Assembly: GCA_000320545.1 (NCBI GenBank)
Contig: ADNK01002546.1
Span: 64,924 to 128,923 of the forward strand
Origin: Bigelowiella natans CCMP2755
Lineage: Eukaryota > Protista > Cercozoa
DNA length: 64,000 bases
Direction of reading: 5' to 3'
Part shown: piece after piece, positions 40,392 to 53,819 of the stretch
Layout: the number at the start of each line of letters is the position of its first letter
Numbering within the stretch: the first letter of the stretch is position 1
Translations under genes and position numbers: made by a program
Notes under the pieces: generated by a model
Told to the model about the DNA's origin: nothing
The model's input: the letters and a program-made list of their open reading frames with translations, nothing else
Databases searched by the model: none

Positions 40392-40647
40392 GATTGATAT
40401 AAACATATATATTACATATAGTATTCAGTATGCAGTGAGCGTCCAAGCTTATGTTACACGTGAGCGCGATGTATCAATGACACACCACGCTTGACAGTCG
40501 CCATATTCCTTGAATGATCGTTAATAGTTATGCTTTTGTGATTCCAACGCCGTTTGCAGGACCCCGAGGAAGCTCAATCGATACAAAAGATGAGAAAGAG
40601 GTGTGAAGTGACAGAGTGCCTAACGTCAAGGCGAGGCATATAGCTAA

Positions 40648-40680
<33 letters not shown>

Positions 40681-41335
40681 TGATATATATATGAACATGT
40701 ACGAATACATACTAACAATCATCAACCTATGGATCTCTCCAATTGATGCGATTGGTTATTTCGTCGCCAGGATCTTCTCGTTGGGCTGAGGAAAAAGGCT
40801 GCTGAGAAGTACACGGAAGAGGTCGGGCATAGAAGCTTGGTTTCGGCGCGCGTGACTACGGCAGTTCTTACAGCGTCTGCGGCGACGTTGCGGCGCATTA
40901 TCGCCGCATGCATATTATAGTTTATCTTCTCTTTTACGAGCTTTTCTCTTTTTCAAGCGCGGCCATGCAGCTCTTTTGGTTTTGGGAGAAGGAATACGCG
41001 TGTGTTTGAAAGTGGGATGTATTCGTTTGCTAGCGTTTTGTTGATGGTGCGTTTCATCTCCTCGTTTGTGCGTGTACAGAATGACGGGCATCATCACGTT
41101 TCGGCTTCAATGAGTGAAAGTGTGTAAGATTTTGTTTATGCAAGAAGTTGCATGTTCTCCCATTTGATTGGGACAATAGTCCATTGACTGTTTCTGTTAT
41201 TCATGCTAAATCGTGAAGATGTTACATGCCTTGTGTCTAGTGCCCAGGCACGATTCTGAGAACATGCTTCTGCTTGTATCTTTTGTTTGAACACAAAAAA
41301 CACGAGTTTAATATATTTTGGATCAATATATTTAC

Positions 41336-41374
<39 letters not shown>

Positions 41375-42282
41375 GAAAGCAAACACACACACACACACAC
41401 ATACACACACATACACACATATGTGTTATAATTCCGATTTTTCTCATCATTCTGGGCAAACAGTGGATATCTCCAAGCTTCGAACTCTTCAGGTCTTAAC
41501 GCATCCTCCCCATTACCATTGATCATTAAATGATGAAATAAATTTATCAATACGCCTACATCTACAGCACCTTTTTCGTCGCAATACTAACAAGAACGTA
41601 CCTAGAAGTTATGCATGCAATTTAAAGCCTAGCACAAACTGTTGGTTTTGCTTTTCACCAGCTCACTGCGTTAAAACTTGCTCGAAAAACCAGAGAGTCC
41701 ACAGCAAGGTTGGTTGGGATTTAGCATTTTGGCTAACGGCGGTTATATGTATTTGTGGCGGCTACTCGCTTTGAATGAGAACCAAGACTTAATGACCTTC
41801 TCCTTTGTACGCGTTGTGTTCTATTTTTCATTCAATTCCCTGCTTTTCCTTCTTTCCGATTTTCGTCATTTGCCGCAACCGAGACATCTGTTTTCACTAC
41901 ACGATGCAATGCCGATCTCGTGAGCACGAGAAAATAGCGAGAAAGAACAACGCAACACAAAAGCTCTCGACGGGCTCAATGCGCGATGGATCTTACAATA
42001 TTATTGGGGATGAAGCGATGGGAGTCGATCAATATATGTTTTGTAAAGTGGAACCCTTACACGCGCGCGCGCTCGCGCGCACGGCACAAATAAATCCAGC
42101 CGGCATTTTCTAATGCAAGAAGCAAGTACTATCATTGCAATTAAAATCATTATCATCGTAATGTCCATGCATTGTGAAATCAAACCTTCGTCAGATCTGG
42201 GACAAAGGCTACTGAGAATAAAGCTCATGGGGTGAGTTTGGGATATGTATATTTTTTACAAATAAATATAAAATATAATATC

Positions 42283-42321
<39 letters not shown>

Positions 42322-43178
42322 TATATAGATATGTATAACTTATATATGTGTTGTTAAATTAAATTGAAATGTGTACCAATATTCGCTTGTTTGGCGTTGG
42401 TCGTTTGCATTGGCATCATGCTTGGTTGGGGTTCGCCTTGATTGGCATTCGTTTTATTTCATTCTTATCTTTAATCGGGCAAAATATCCATTTTTGCTCA
42501 CTGGCTCCTTGCCCCTGATATACTGTCGCAAATATGAATTTTCGCGCGCACGCGAAAAACCGTAAATCAAAGAAATCTGTAAGTGCAGTAAGTCTCCACG
42601 AGATTCTAGGCCAATCAGAAAAGGCACATTGAATTAAACAAAATGTTCCGACCGCACAGCATTGCTTCGGTTTCTGTTTCTAATTTTAGTATCTACGGTG
42701 TTAGGTGTATGCTATTCTGGCCGCCAAGCGATTTGCGAAGAAGATGCACGAGAAATCAAGGCAATCACTGCCTGCATTCAAAATCATATTTAATGCGAAC
42801 ATTAGTATAGATGGTGTGCGTTGTCATTTAAGTAGTATTCTACCATCGATAGTAATAAAAAGCCAACTCCGTGCGCCGTGCGTGCATGAGAAATAATCTA
42901 GTAATGCAGTACCGTGACGCAACCTGCTGTTTTTTGTTATCCCACAGGACTCTAAACGCAAGCAAATGGAGAGGTTTAATCCAGAAATCAAAGAAAGAGA
43001 AAATACCCTTGCAGACGCTGCCGGAGATTGTCGAGCTGATGAAAGCTGGTAATTTTTCAGATTATGTAGATTCCCCTCCTCCTCCCCCTTCAGTTTCAGT
43101 TGTGTAGATATCGCGGCCAAAAACGCAAATAATATGAGGAGATATATACATGTTAAAAACAATACACTGTACATCTAG

Positions 43179-43217
<39 letters not shown>

Positions 43218-44361
43218 ATCACTACGGGTGATGTTTATTACGACAAGCGATTGAGTCGATTGTTGATTTGAGACGCGTCTTGTGTACCAATGAATGCTAG
43301 GAATCCCGCCATCCATTCGAGGAGAAGTTTGGAAGGTGTGCGCGAGGAGAAACAAGCATTGTTACCTTGCACCACTTGTTGGCTTCGTTTATGCCTAATT
43401 TGTTGGCTAGATTTATGAGCTAATGATTTCAAACTGAAGATAATCTAGCCGTTCTCACGACGATCACAACCATCTTCATCATCATCATCATCACCATCAG
43501 AAATTCCTCGCCATTGACAAGCAGAAAGCCAAGCACCCAGAGAATTACTATAAGTAAGTAGCGCAAGTCGCAGACCGTTGTGTGTAGCTGTGTGCAGGGA
43601 GAACGCGAGATTTCTGTTTTTTTTGACGTTGATACCATTGGCTGCATGGGATAGGAAGAGCGCAGTTCTACTGCGTGACATATTGCGGTGAGCGAGCAAA
43701 GCATGAGGGTTTTTGGCCCTTCATGTGTTTGCTGTTTGTCTTTGTACGATAGCAATGAACTTGCGACAGCTAAAATCGTAAGATGGTTTCATAGGCTTGT
43801 GTGCGTGTGTGTGTGTGTGTGTCTCAGTATGTGTGTGTGTGTGTGTGTGTGTGTGTCAGTGTGTGTGGTTTTTTTCCCTCAAGAATCGATATGTTCGTAG
43901 GACACTAAAGTCGAATGCGGATTATGTCATCAAGAAGTTTTGCACAGTAAGTGCGCACATTAAACACGAATACTATAATATCATATATACATATATATAT
44001 ATTTATATTTTTATATGTATATTGATATTAATATACATGTTTGAATGTATGTGTTTGTTTTTGCTTCCTTAACAATGATGTGAGAGTGGAGATAAAGAAT
44101 CTTGGCAATATCGAATCAAAGCGGTGGTTTGATGATTGCCTATTATGATCGTGTGGGCGTATGTGTGTGTGGTTCTGCCTACATATCTGCGTGTGCGTTT
44201 GATGAGTATAATACCAACCAGGGATCTTCATCCTCTTCGTCGCGTACGCAAACGGTCAGTGCAATGTTTCAAATGCGTGTTTCATCGCAATTTAGACAGT
44301 TTTATTTCTCATCTCTCTCACTCTTTATACATGTAGATATTATTAAATATATTTATATATT

Positions 44362-44400
<39 letters not shown>

Positions 44401-44796
44401 TTTTAGTATTCCTTTATATATTTTTATAGTATTTGTTTATACACATTTTCCTTATAATACCGTATATTGTTATCTTTCTCTCATTTGATCTCTTTCTCCG
44501 GCTCTCTCCCCGGCTCTTTCTCGTTCTCCTCACTTTCTTCCTACTGCGCTGAAATCATGCATACGTCGCCATTCATTGAGTCGCGCATTACTGCATCAAC
44601 TGTGGAACAGAGCACTCCGGAGTGGTTGTCACAGATACAAAAGGATATTCCGAGGTCGGTAGCTATAAAAGTCCATAACAGCAAAGTTCTATTAAGTTTC
44701 GACTCATTGGATTATTTTGTATTTTCTTGGTTTTCCGCGTGCTCGAGGTTGTCGTTGTAATAGTCACTCTTTCCATAGTCACTATTTCTCTTTTCA

Positions 44797-44836
<40 letters not shown>

Positions 44837-47800
44837 GTCTCTTTCTCTACACGCACAAAGATGTATGTAGAGAGGGAGAGAGAGAAAGAGAGAGAGCGAG
44901 AGAGAGAGAGAGAGAGAGAGAGATATCTTGTCGTAGTTTCTCTATTTCCTATTGACTCATTGTTGTATATTCCGACAAATACCAGGACGCTGCACGACGT
45001 GCAATCGCTGGAGTCGAAGGTGTTGCTTATCGCGTTTGACTTCCTTCACAAATAGGAATATGCGCCTTATACTCTATTCATTCAATGATGCCGCTATTGC
45101 GAGTGTGCCCAACATCTAAGAGATATTTAAAGCCCTCTAAAGGCGGTTCGTTACTACCTTAACCGTTTAAAGATCTTGCACTGTTTCTACTATTATCTAA
45201 AAGGAACTAATTGATGTTTGCGAGGAAGCCTATAAAATTCGTCTGTTGTGTGTGCTTTATTATGCATATATATATATATATATATATATATAGGATGCGA
45301 GAGAGTCGCTTTTGCGAATACTGGTATGTTACTACTACCGAAACCCGCAAGCCGTGGGTTATTGCCAGGTCAGCTTTTTCAGGGGAGAAAAAAAAAAAAA
45401 AATGGACCATGCACGACAATGTGGGATAGGTTTTTATTGGATGCAAAGTTCCAACCCCTGCGTGTTTTTCTCTCGAAACCTCTCTGCTCGGGTTGTGATC
45501 GATTGCATTCCCGCGTGTGCCCGCACGCGACGATGCGACGCACGATGAATTCTCTCTTAAGTCTAAGTGCACGCATGCTATCACAGGGCATGAATCTAGT
45601 AGCTGCGGGGCTTTTGAGCGTGATGGACGAAGCCGATGCCTTTTGGAGCTTGGTAGTCAAAAAGGCCAGGCAGCCACCTTCACGCGTAGTAGAATAATAC
45701 TTTGTCATTTCGCGGATACGTGAGAGAACACTTGCATGCACGTTGTTGGCGTTCGTTTTCACAACTCTCCGCGTGTCTAATTAGAGTACCGAATCACTGG
45801 AATCGAAGAAAGAATGAACCTTCCATTTGTGATGTTGTTCTTTTTGGTTTATTTTCTTTCCAAGGTGTGCGTTATCGAAAGCCGCATAGGCTACTACACG
45901 AAATCGATGGCGGGTAGTAGTTTGTTAATAGCAACCAGACCAGATCTGCACTAACATCGTCGGAATATATAAATACATATATGATATATTATATATATAA
46001 TCACAATTGTTAGTACCTAACGGGCATGCTTGTACATGACGGTGTATTGAGGTGGGGATTCATTGTGCCTATACGTGTTTCTGTGTTAAATACACGTGTG
46101 TCTGTTTAAAAACGATGAGCCGAGTATGCATTGCAAGAAAGTAAGGTTCCATGAATATAGTTTTCTTCGAGTTTTATCAATGACAGTTTGCTAATGACTT
46201 CTGAGTCCTTGATGTTTGTTTCTCCTAGGTTTATTAGTCGATCAATGCGTGCTGGAGAGTCTCTTCTCCTACTATTTGCCCGATGTAAGTGGACCTCTGA
46301 CTGTATCACCCCAAATCCCAAACGAGCATAGAGAACGGATTTATGAAAGCACCATATCGATCCCAACAAGGGAATGAATCAAACGCAAAAAGTGGCGGGA
46401 GACTGTGGGATTCGTCGATTTTATTTTTCCCCTAAGTTTTTCAATATTGAGCGCGGCATAAGCGCTGAATGTACACTGTAGCATTACTTCTCCTTCGTAG
46501 TGGACAAAAGTGTATGCAATATACACGATTTCTGCGTCTCTGATGTGGTCTGCATGTGTGTTTGTGTTTTATGCGCGTATACTTTTCTGTTTGTTTTCCA
46601 TAGTTATATGATCATATGAAGAAGCTGGAAGTGACGATTGCTTCATTTACGACGTCTTGGTAGGGATAGATAACAGAGAGCATTACAACGCCGAAACAAT
46701 CCAGTGCTGCTACTATATGAGTTTTAACATGAGCGGGACATTGTCGTAGACTGCCTAGCGGTTTGCCACTATATATTAACGAAGAATCTTTTACCTTTCC
46801 AAAGGTTTATATGTTTATTCATGGAGACCCCCGTCCCATACAAAGTAAGTGGGCGGCGGTTTATATTTATACAGCAAATTTTGAATTAGCGTACGATGAA
46901 GAGCAACCATTTATATGGCAGACGCGAGTTGAGAGCAGATGCTCTAGAAATTGCCTTTCATCGTTCAGTATATGTTCTCCGTGTTGTTTATTTTCCCGGT
47001 TTAGCGCCATCTGTGCATACGCTGTCTGTTTTCAGCAGAAGCAGTTGCCGATAACTCGATGTTAGATTGTAAAATCAACGAAGAGATGGAGAAGGAGGGA
47101 GAATGAGGGAGGGGGAGAGAGACAGGGGGGGGGAAATAGACAGGGCGCGGAGCGAGAGGAATAAATTGAATTTGATGTTCGTTTGTTTTTAACGGATAAG
47201 GTCTGCATGGGGCTGTGGGACTATCTATTCTGTTACGGGTAGTTCTGCCTTTTGACTTGTCTAAGCCGCGCTCAGTTTGCAGTACACTAGCTATTCATAT
47301 ATGAATTGTATATAAATATACAATATAGAAATGATTATATAAAAATCAAATATACTGATATATAGTTTTTATGTATGCATGCATAGATTTGCATTCAAAA
47401 TGGTTATTGTTGTACACATTTTTCCCTAATGTTACTAACATTCTTGTAAAATAGCTATCTCTGATGTGTGTATGTGTGTGTGTGTGTGTGTGTGTGATTA
47501 TTTGTGTGTGAGTATACACGCCACTACTAACTAGCTCCATTATATAATGCGCTGATGCCGTAAATGCGTTTTCAGAGACGAGATGCTGTTCCAAGTATCG
47601 CTAGCGTTGTTAAAGAAAAAAAGGTTGCGTTATCATCATTACGCGTGCTAAGATGACGTAATCACATATTTCCAACTGAATTCATAGATATTAGATGATA
47701 TGCATAGGATTTCCGAGCGTTTTTTTCCTTTATCCTCTGACCCGCCCCCCCCCCCCTTTCCCTCTTGCCCCCTCCATAGAAAAGAGATCTTGGAGCTGAA

Positions 47801-48716
47801 TGATTCTGGCATGTTACTGATGTTCATGCTCAAGCTTGGTAGGAGACTCTGCGACGTGACAAATACGAGAATGACGATGAGCGAATTGTTGTTTAGTTAG
47901 CGTTGGCAAGGGTTAGGCAGGGCATGTGATTGTTCCCACCTACTACTCACGATATCAATGAGCAATCGGAAGGAACAACTCTTTCGAGTTTGTTTAGCGT
48001 GAGGGAGTAGTACACCGCGAGATCGTCGATTCAAGGACACAAGGTTTCTTGATGGATGTCTCGCCTTTTCCCTTTATTCGCTCAGGGGCCGATTTGGAGA
48101 GGTGGATCTTGTCGGAAGTCAGTGCCAAGCTCGGTGAATCACCCCGCCGCCGCGCTGGCGCAATCTCGCATTTCCATCGTGTTAGCAATATATACACACA
48201 GCGCCGCCTTCCTCATGCCTCGTGTGCATTTAATCAGGCGAGTTGATAACGTCCATAAGTACCTTGAGGAGGTCCAATCAAATCAAGGTGCTTTTTCCGT
48301 GCGCATCGCGGTCGCGACCAGCGTTGTATTCGGTGGAATGATTGTCCCCCCCCCCCCCCCTCCAAACATCAAGGGGGCGGGACGACCATAGCACATTGAA
48401 GAATATGAATCAAGTCGAGAAGCTCCGTAAACGGTAAGTAGCGAGCTTGCGTTTGAAACGCCTTCCCGGGAGAGCATTTCGCTGCCGGGGAGACACACAA
48501 AAAATCCCGTATTGCAATGATTAAGTTTTTTGCAGGTCTTCGTTTTTTTTTAACCTTTTTGAAACCGGGGGGTCCTGGTGTTCATGCGCTGACGAGATGT
48601 GATGGTGTTGAGGAATGGGAAATAGATGGTTCCCGTTTCCACTGCAGGTACCGAATCGAGACCGCCGATGAAGTTCAGGGGTAAGCAGCACAAAGATACT
48701 TCACCAATTAAAAATC

Positions 48717-48777
<61 letters not shown>

Positions 48778-50161
48778 AGAGAGGGATAGAGGGAGAGATA
48801 AAAGTATATATTTAAGATAATCATCATAATGTTCGATTCCTTGCTTTAATAGCTGTCCGCATTTGCTCCACTCCCACCCCCCCCCTTTGCAACATAAGGC
48901 TTTGGAAAACGTTCATTTCACCAGCCCCATGGTCTATCCTGGTGAGGAGGCTATGTTCTCTCTTTGAGCGTTTTTATAACTAAAAACTATAAAATCCATA
49001 ATCGTGTCTCACATCCTCCGATGAGAGCTAAAGAGATTCCCCATTCTGCCTTTAGCTGCTTTCCTCTCCCTTTCAGCTTTCTCTCTTTAGCACGTTTTTC
49101 ACTCGTGTTGTTTCTGGGCAGGTGCAAAATTGCATTCCTAGCATGGTTTGGTTCTCTTCCGCATTAGTCAAAGCTTGCTATCAAGAGGTAAGCAAGCTCT
49201 GACGTCATTTTCCATTCATTTTGGAGGACATGTGAGGAGGAGGAGAAGGAGGAAGAGGCGTGAGTGGCGCATTTGAATGCAAGAGGCGGATTTGATTTGT
49301 ATTATTTCTTTGGTTTTCGCGGCCGCGCCGTCGCGTGCGTATACCCGTTAGTGCTAGTATGAATCCTTGCCCGCAACGGAACAAGCGGTGAAAAGATGAG
49401 AGCACCTTTCCATCATGCTTGTGCGTGTAGGAATCGAAGAACTGGCGAGCATCGGGATTACTCTCTGGGTATGGTTTGAACAAAGATCCTGTGCGTACCA
49501 ATGCTGAACCCAAATCAAAAAAGTCTGTGGAATACGCGAGAGAGGCGCGAAATATGAAATAACGGATGGTAAATAAGATCGGCGAGCAGAGGCCGAATTT
49601 GGGCGGCGTCGAGCAAGATGCGTATGCATGGATATGCGTTTGCATTAACTGATCTTGCATCTGCATTGATAGGTTTGCTCTGCAGTTGTTCAACTTGCTC
49701 GATGTACACGGCACAGGTGTGAGAGGGCTATGATTGATATGAGGGTGGCTTTCTATGTAACTCTCAAACACAGCGTGTTTACCGGCCGACGTGAAATTTG
49801 TACTCATTAGATGCCTTTAAATGATATTATATGTTTTGCCCACTCACACACATACGCACGCATTTTAATGCCTCAGGCCAAATCAGCTTCGATAACTTCG
49901 TTTGGTAAGTGAGACTTGGTGAAACCGCATCCCTCCTGTATCTGTCACCACGACGACGGCTTCGTGCAGCGAATTTGTGGTTTTTTTTAATCATCATCTA
50001 AATATGCATTAAATTTGCATTGAGATTGTACTTTGGATGTGGTATTATTATCCCTCATCAAGGCTGACTCGCATATTAAATCACGGAAGCGCTCGCGAAA
50101 GGGCTAAGTTAGCTTTTCGGTTCTTCGATTATGGTCATTAATCATAAACACGCGTTTTGCC

Positions 50162-50196
<35 letters not shown>

Positions 50197-51337
50197 GCAC
50201 ACAAACTTTCTACTATCAATGTCGACACTAATAATAGAGGAGTCGAAGTATGAGGGTCTTTGGTGCCAATCGCCTTTGGATTCTTTCATTGTATTCGTTT
50301 TTACATTAACCGAAAGAGAAAAAGGACGAGGAAAAGAGAGAAATGCAGCGAGGAGGCGGCTTCCCAACGCCGCTCTCTGCTCTCCCATTCCCACCCAACT
50401 CTCAGTGTGCGTTTGGGTGCTGATGGTATATATCCTCCCCATCGTGGTCGTTTCGTATTGTAGACGGGGACCGGCGAGTAGGAAAGGCCGATTTGCTAAT
50501 GGGGATCAAACGGATAGGAAGAATGTACGACGGCAGGGCAAGGTATATCCGGCTAATAAATACATCCAAGCGCTTGCGTGAGGCCCGATAAATTGCGCAC
50601 AGCCATACAGCGGTTTTACGCTGCGATGCGTGTTGGTTGAGAGGGCTCTCTCACCTTGAATTTAGCAGATTTCACATTTCTGTGTATGGCAATGGTTCCA
50701 ACCGTGGATGTGTTTCGTTCTTGACAGTGACCAAAGGAGGCGAATGTTTATGCTGGTGAACAGCTTTCTTTTCTGGTAATTCCCCATCGGATTCGCATGG
50801 TGCATTACACTGGTAGATGCGTGCGCATGCACAACGGTGTCGGCGTATGCGTCGAAGCTGCCTTGTTGGAAGGCAAGATATCCGATTAGCACCAACACGA
50901 CGAAGAAACGGCGAGGACGGACGCTCGCACGTTGTCAAGTGAATCCCGTTTTTAACCCTTTTGATCTCTTAGGTACTCCACATCTGGCTCGAGCTCTGCT
51001 TCGGAGGCAGCCAAGGAGAAGACTATCGTGGTTGAGCTGCCTCGCAAGCCCTTTGGATTTAGCATTGGAGAGGTCGGGTCCATCAATTCCCTTGAAGATT
51101 TCCGGCGTTTAACTGAGCCCGCATATACATCGCTCTACCTCCTTGAGCATCAACCGCACTTCGTCTTTTTGTTTCTTCAAGGAACAATGGAGAGGGAGGT
51201 TGGTTGACGACCTGAATGTACGATTTATGCTGTAGATCAATATCGGCCGGACTAAGCTACTGGAAGTGAGTGCTGTGGATGGAGAGGAGGCGCAGAAGGT
51301 GATGATGCACTCTTTGTGTTTCTATACAAATGAGTAT

Positions 51338-51377
<40 letters not shown>

Positions 51378-51440
51378 TCAATCAATCATGCGCATAATAA
51401 TATGTGCATACATGCAAATCTAACCCCTCTTCGTCTTTCT

Positions 51441-51471
<31 letters not shown>

Positions 51472-52648
51472 CCCCCCCCTCTCTATCATCGTGTTTGTGT
51501 GTGCGTGTGTGCGGACGTGCGGGCGCGCGTGCATAGGCTGGAATAGAGCCAGGATGGAAGATTTGCAAGATCAACGGCAGAATCACTGACAGTCAGTAAA
51601 CACGTCTTCGCGCAATTCCGCAGCGCCCTTTTGCGATTTCCCTCTCGCGCGCTTTTTTCCCTTTCCAAATACTAGTGAATCTTGAGCGCATGTTCGGCAC
51701 TGCTCGCGCATTTTCTATGCGTTACAGTTTGAATGAGACTTACTTCCCGCAACCCGCCGCCCCGTGCATTGTGCGCTCCCCTACATATGCGTGCAGATAT
51801 TGAAGTTCCAGAACTTGTAAAGCTATGCAGAGAGGTACTGGCATTTCGATCGGCACTGAGGCGTGCAAATGCTTGCAAACCCCAAGCTAACACCACCTAT
51901 CGTTTAAAGAGTATTCTTGAATGGATTGAATTTTATCGCTCACGTCCATTAAGCCTCGGGGCTGTTAGAATACAAATCAACACCTATCATTTAAAGACTA
52001 TTCTTAAATGGATTGAATTTTACCGCTCGCGTCCCATTAACGATATGCGTGCTTGCAGGCGACTCTACCGTGCGAAATATCGTTCCAGACGCCCCCCGAT
52101 CACAGGTAGGAAGCTATAGCTATGTTGCTTATTTAGCAATGAGCAGGATGATGATGTGAGGTTATTCATCCGTGTACATTGTTTCGTTGTCATTCTGCGA
52201 TATTCATTTTTGTGATTTTTCGTAAAATGTGAAATGATAACAACAAAGTCCCTGCGGTTTCTTTCTGGTGGTGGTGTTAGTTGCATGCGCGCACGAGATA
52301 TTGTTATTTCAAGGCGTGGGTCGTTTATGTTAATATGTCTGAATATTATCTGTAGACTCCGCGCGGATGATTTTATCAAGAAGATCGATGCGCTGATTCG
52401 GTGAGTCATACAAAGTCCTTCTCACCTTTTTAAGATATATGCGGCAGTATTTTGAAAGCGTTTGTATCTGATTTTCATATGTCATTGGTTTCTTTTTGCG
52501 TTTTTAAATCAAGTTACCTTGAAACATCTATTTCGCGTATTTCTCATAATTTCGTATGCGTCATCTGTAATGCCGATTTCTTTGTTACCACAGCTTGGAA
52601 CCGAGGTTGATGAATCTATTCTTTGGTAAAAATACGCCGTCAAAGCTT

Positions 52649-52690
<42 letters not shown>

Positions 52691-53203
52691 TTCTCTTTTG
52701 CCTTCGCTAGTTTGATTACATTGCATCTTCCTTTGTATGGAAGAAGGGTGCACTATCGTTGTTTCGATGTATGCTTTATTGGGGGTTTGTTGTTTTGTAA
52801 GCTCCCGCCCGTCCTTCCTCGACGCAGTCACATCTCCCTCGTTTTGGCTGCGATGTATATTTTTAGGAAACTATCACAAGCGACGAACGTCAGGCGGTGA
52901 GAAGTCGTCATCACCGGTAAGTGTAAGTCCGAGGGAGTTATAACCTGGTGCGGGAGGCAGAAGAGGGGGAGGAGAGGGGGGGAGAGGTTTCGGAAACATT
53001 GTTCAGAGTAATCAACGCTATGCATGTTTGTAATGTAATGAGCGTCACAGGATAACATGGTGTGATATTTATTCTTGATAAATTATTTATAGAACCAGGG
53101 GAAATTGGGAGCCGCTTCTGAGCGATTAGCTAGGTAGTCAGTCGCATATTCTTTCATACCATTCTGTATTCGCGCAAACGCGCGCGCGCGCGTGCGCCCA
53201 CTG

Positions 53204-53235
<32 letters not shown>

Positions 53236-53416
53236 GCACTCACACACACGCACGCACTCACACACACGCACTCACACACACACTTGCACACATCCATAGA
53301 CAAATGTACGCCGTGGGTATGTATGTGAGAAAAATTCCGCACGCATGTAAATCATGCCGTTGCCATTTCCCAGGTGGTTTAAAGGGAAACAAAGCGAAAA
53401 AACTAGCGGAAAATAG
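38554..53416 (+). CDS. Rab-GAP TBC-domain protein with C-terminal EF-hand pair and PDZ domain, more than 35 exons
   Basis: TBC signatures: GIPPSIRGEVWK (about 43302), QIQKDIPR|T (about 44610-44655), LLRILVCYYYRNPQAVGYCQ|GMNLVAAGLL..EADAFWSL (45294-45652), SW|FICLF (about 46603-46844), LWDYLFCYG (about 47201), LFQVSLALL (about 47577). EF-hand-like FNLLDVHGTG|QISFDNF (about 49673-49904) and DGDRRVGKADL (about 50464). PDZ-like VVELPRKPFGFSIGE (about 51030-51071), AGIEPGWKICKING (about 51537), ATLPCEISFQTP (about 52059). Probable stop at 53414-53416. Confidence 0.9.
51894..52040. repeat. Intronic direct duplication of about 60 bp (51894-51952 and 51981-52040)
   Basis: cacctatcgtttaaagagtattcttgaatggattgaattttatcgctcacgtccattaa versus cacctatcatttaaagactattcttaaatggattgaattttaccgctcgcgtcccattaa. 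Confidence 0.9.
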
Positions 53417-53819
53417 AAGTCTCACGACTCGAATCGTTGTAGCATAATGATGTCACGTAAGGATCACGGTGTAGGGCACATTGTTTAGGCATTGCTGCGT
53501 GCAGTGTTCGCGTACAATGAGAATTGATGTAGTCGCCAAAAGGGTGATAGCTCGCAATGCATGCAGGATCAACCTCATTTAAAAAAATCGGCAATCTCCA
53601 TGAGTCAGTAGACTATTTCATGTGTGATGCGTTGCGTGCTCAAACATTTGCTTCCAATTGCTATGTCTAATATTTCGTTCGTCTACACAGTACATCGAAG
53701 CACCAATCTAGCAATGTATGTCATTAAACTCGCGCAACATTGTGCATGCATGTGTGTGTACGTGTGTGTGCGCGCGTGCGCGCGTGTGTGCGTGTGTGCG
53801 TGTGTGTGTGTAATTCATT

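Noticed and set aside
51733-52119. 128-aa ORF with a duplicated peptide (TYRLKSILEWIEFYRSRP / TYHLKTILKWIEFYRSRP)
   Set aside because: The duplication lies in an intron. The PDZ domain is completed by splicing LCRE to ATLPCEISF in a different frame.
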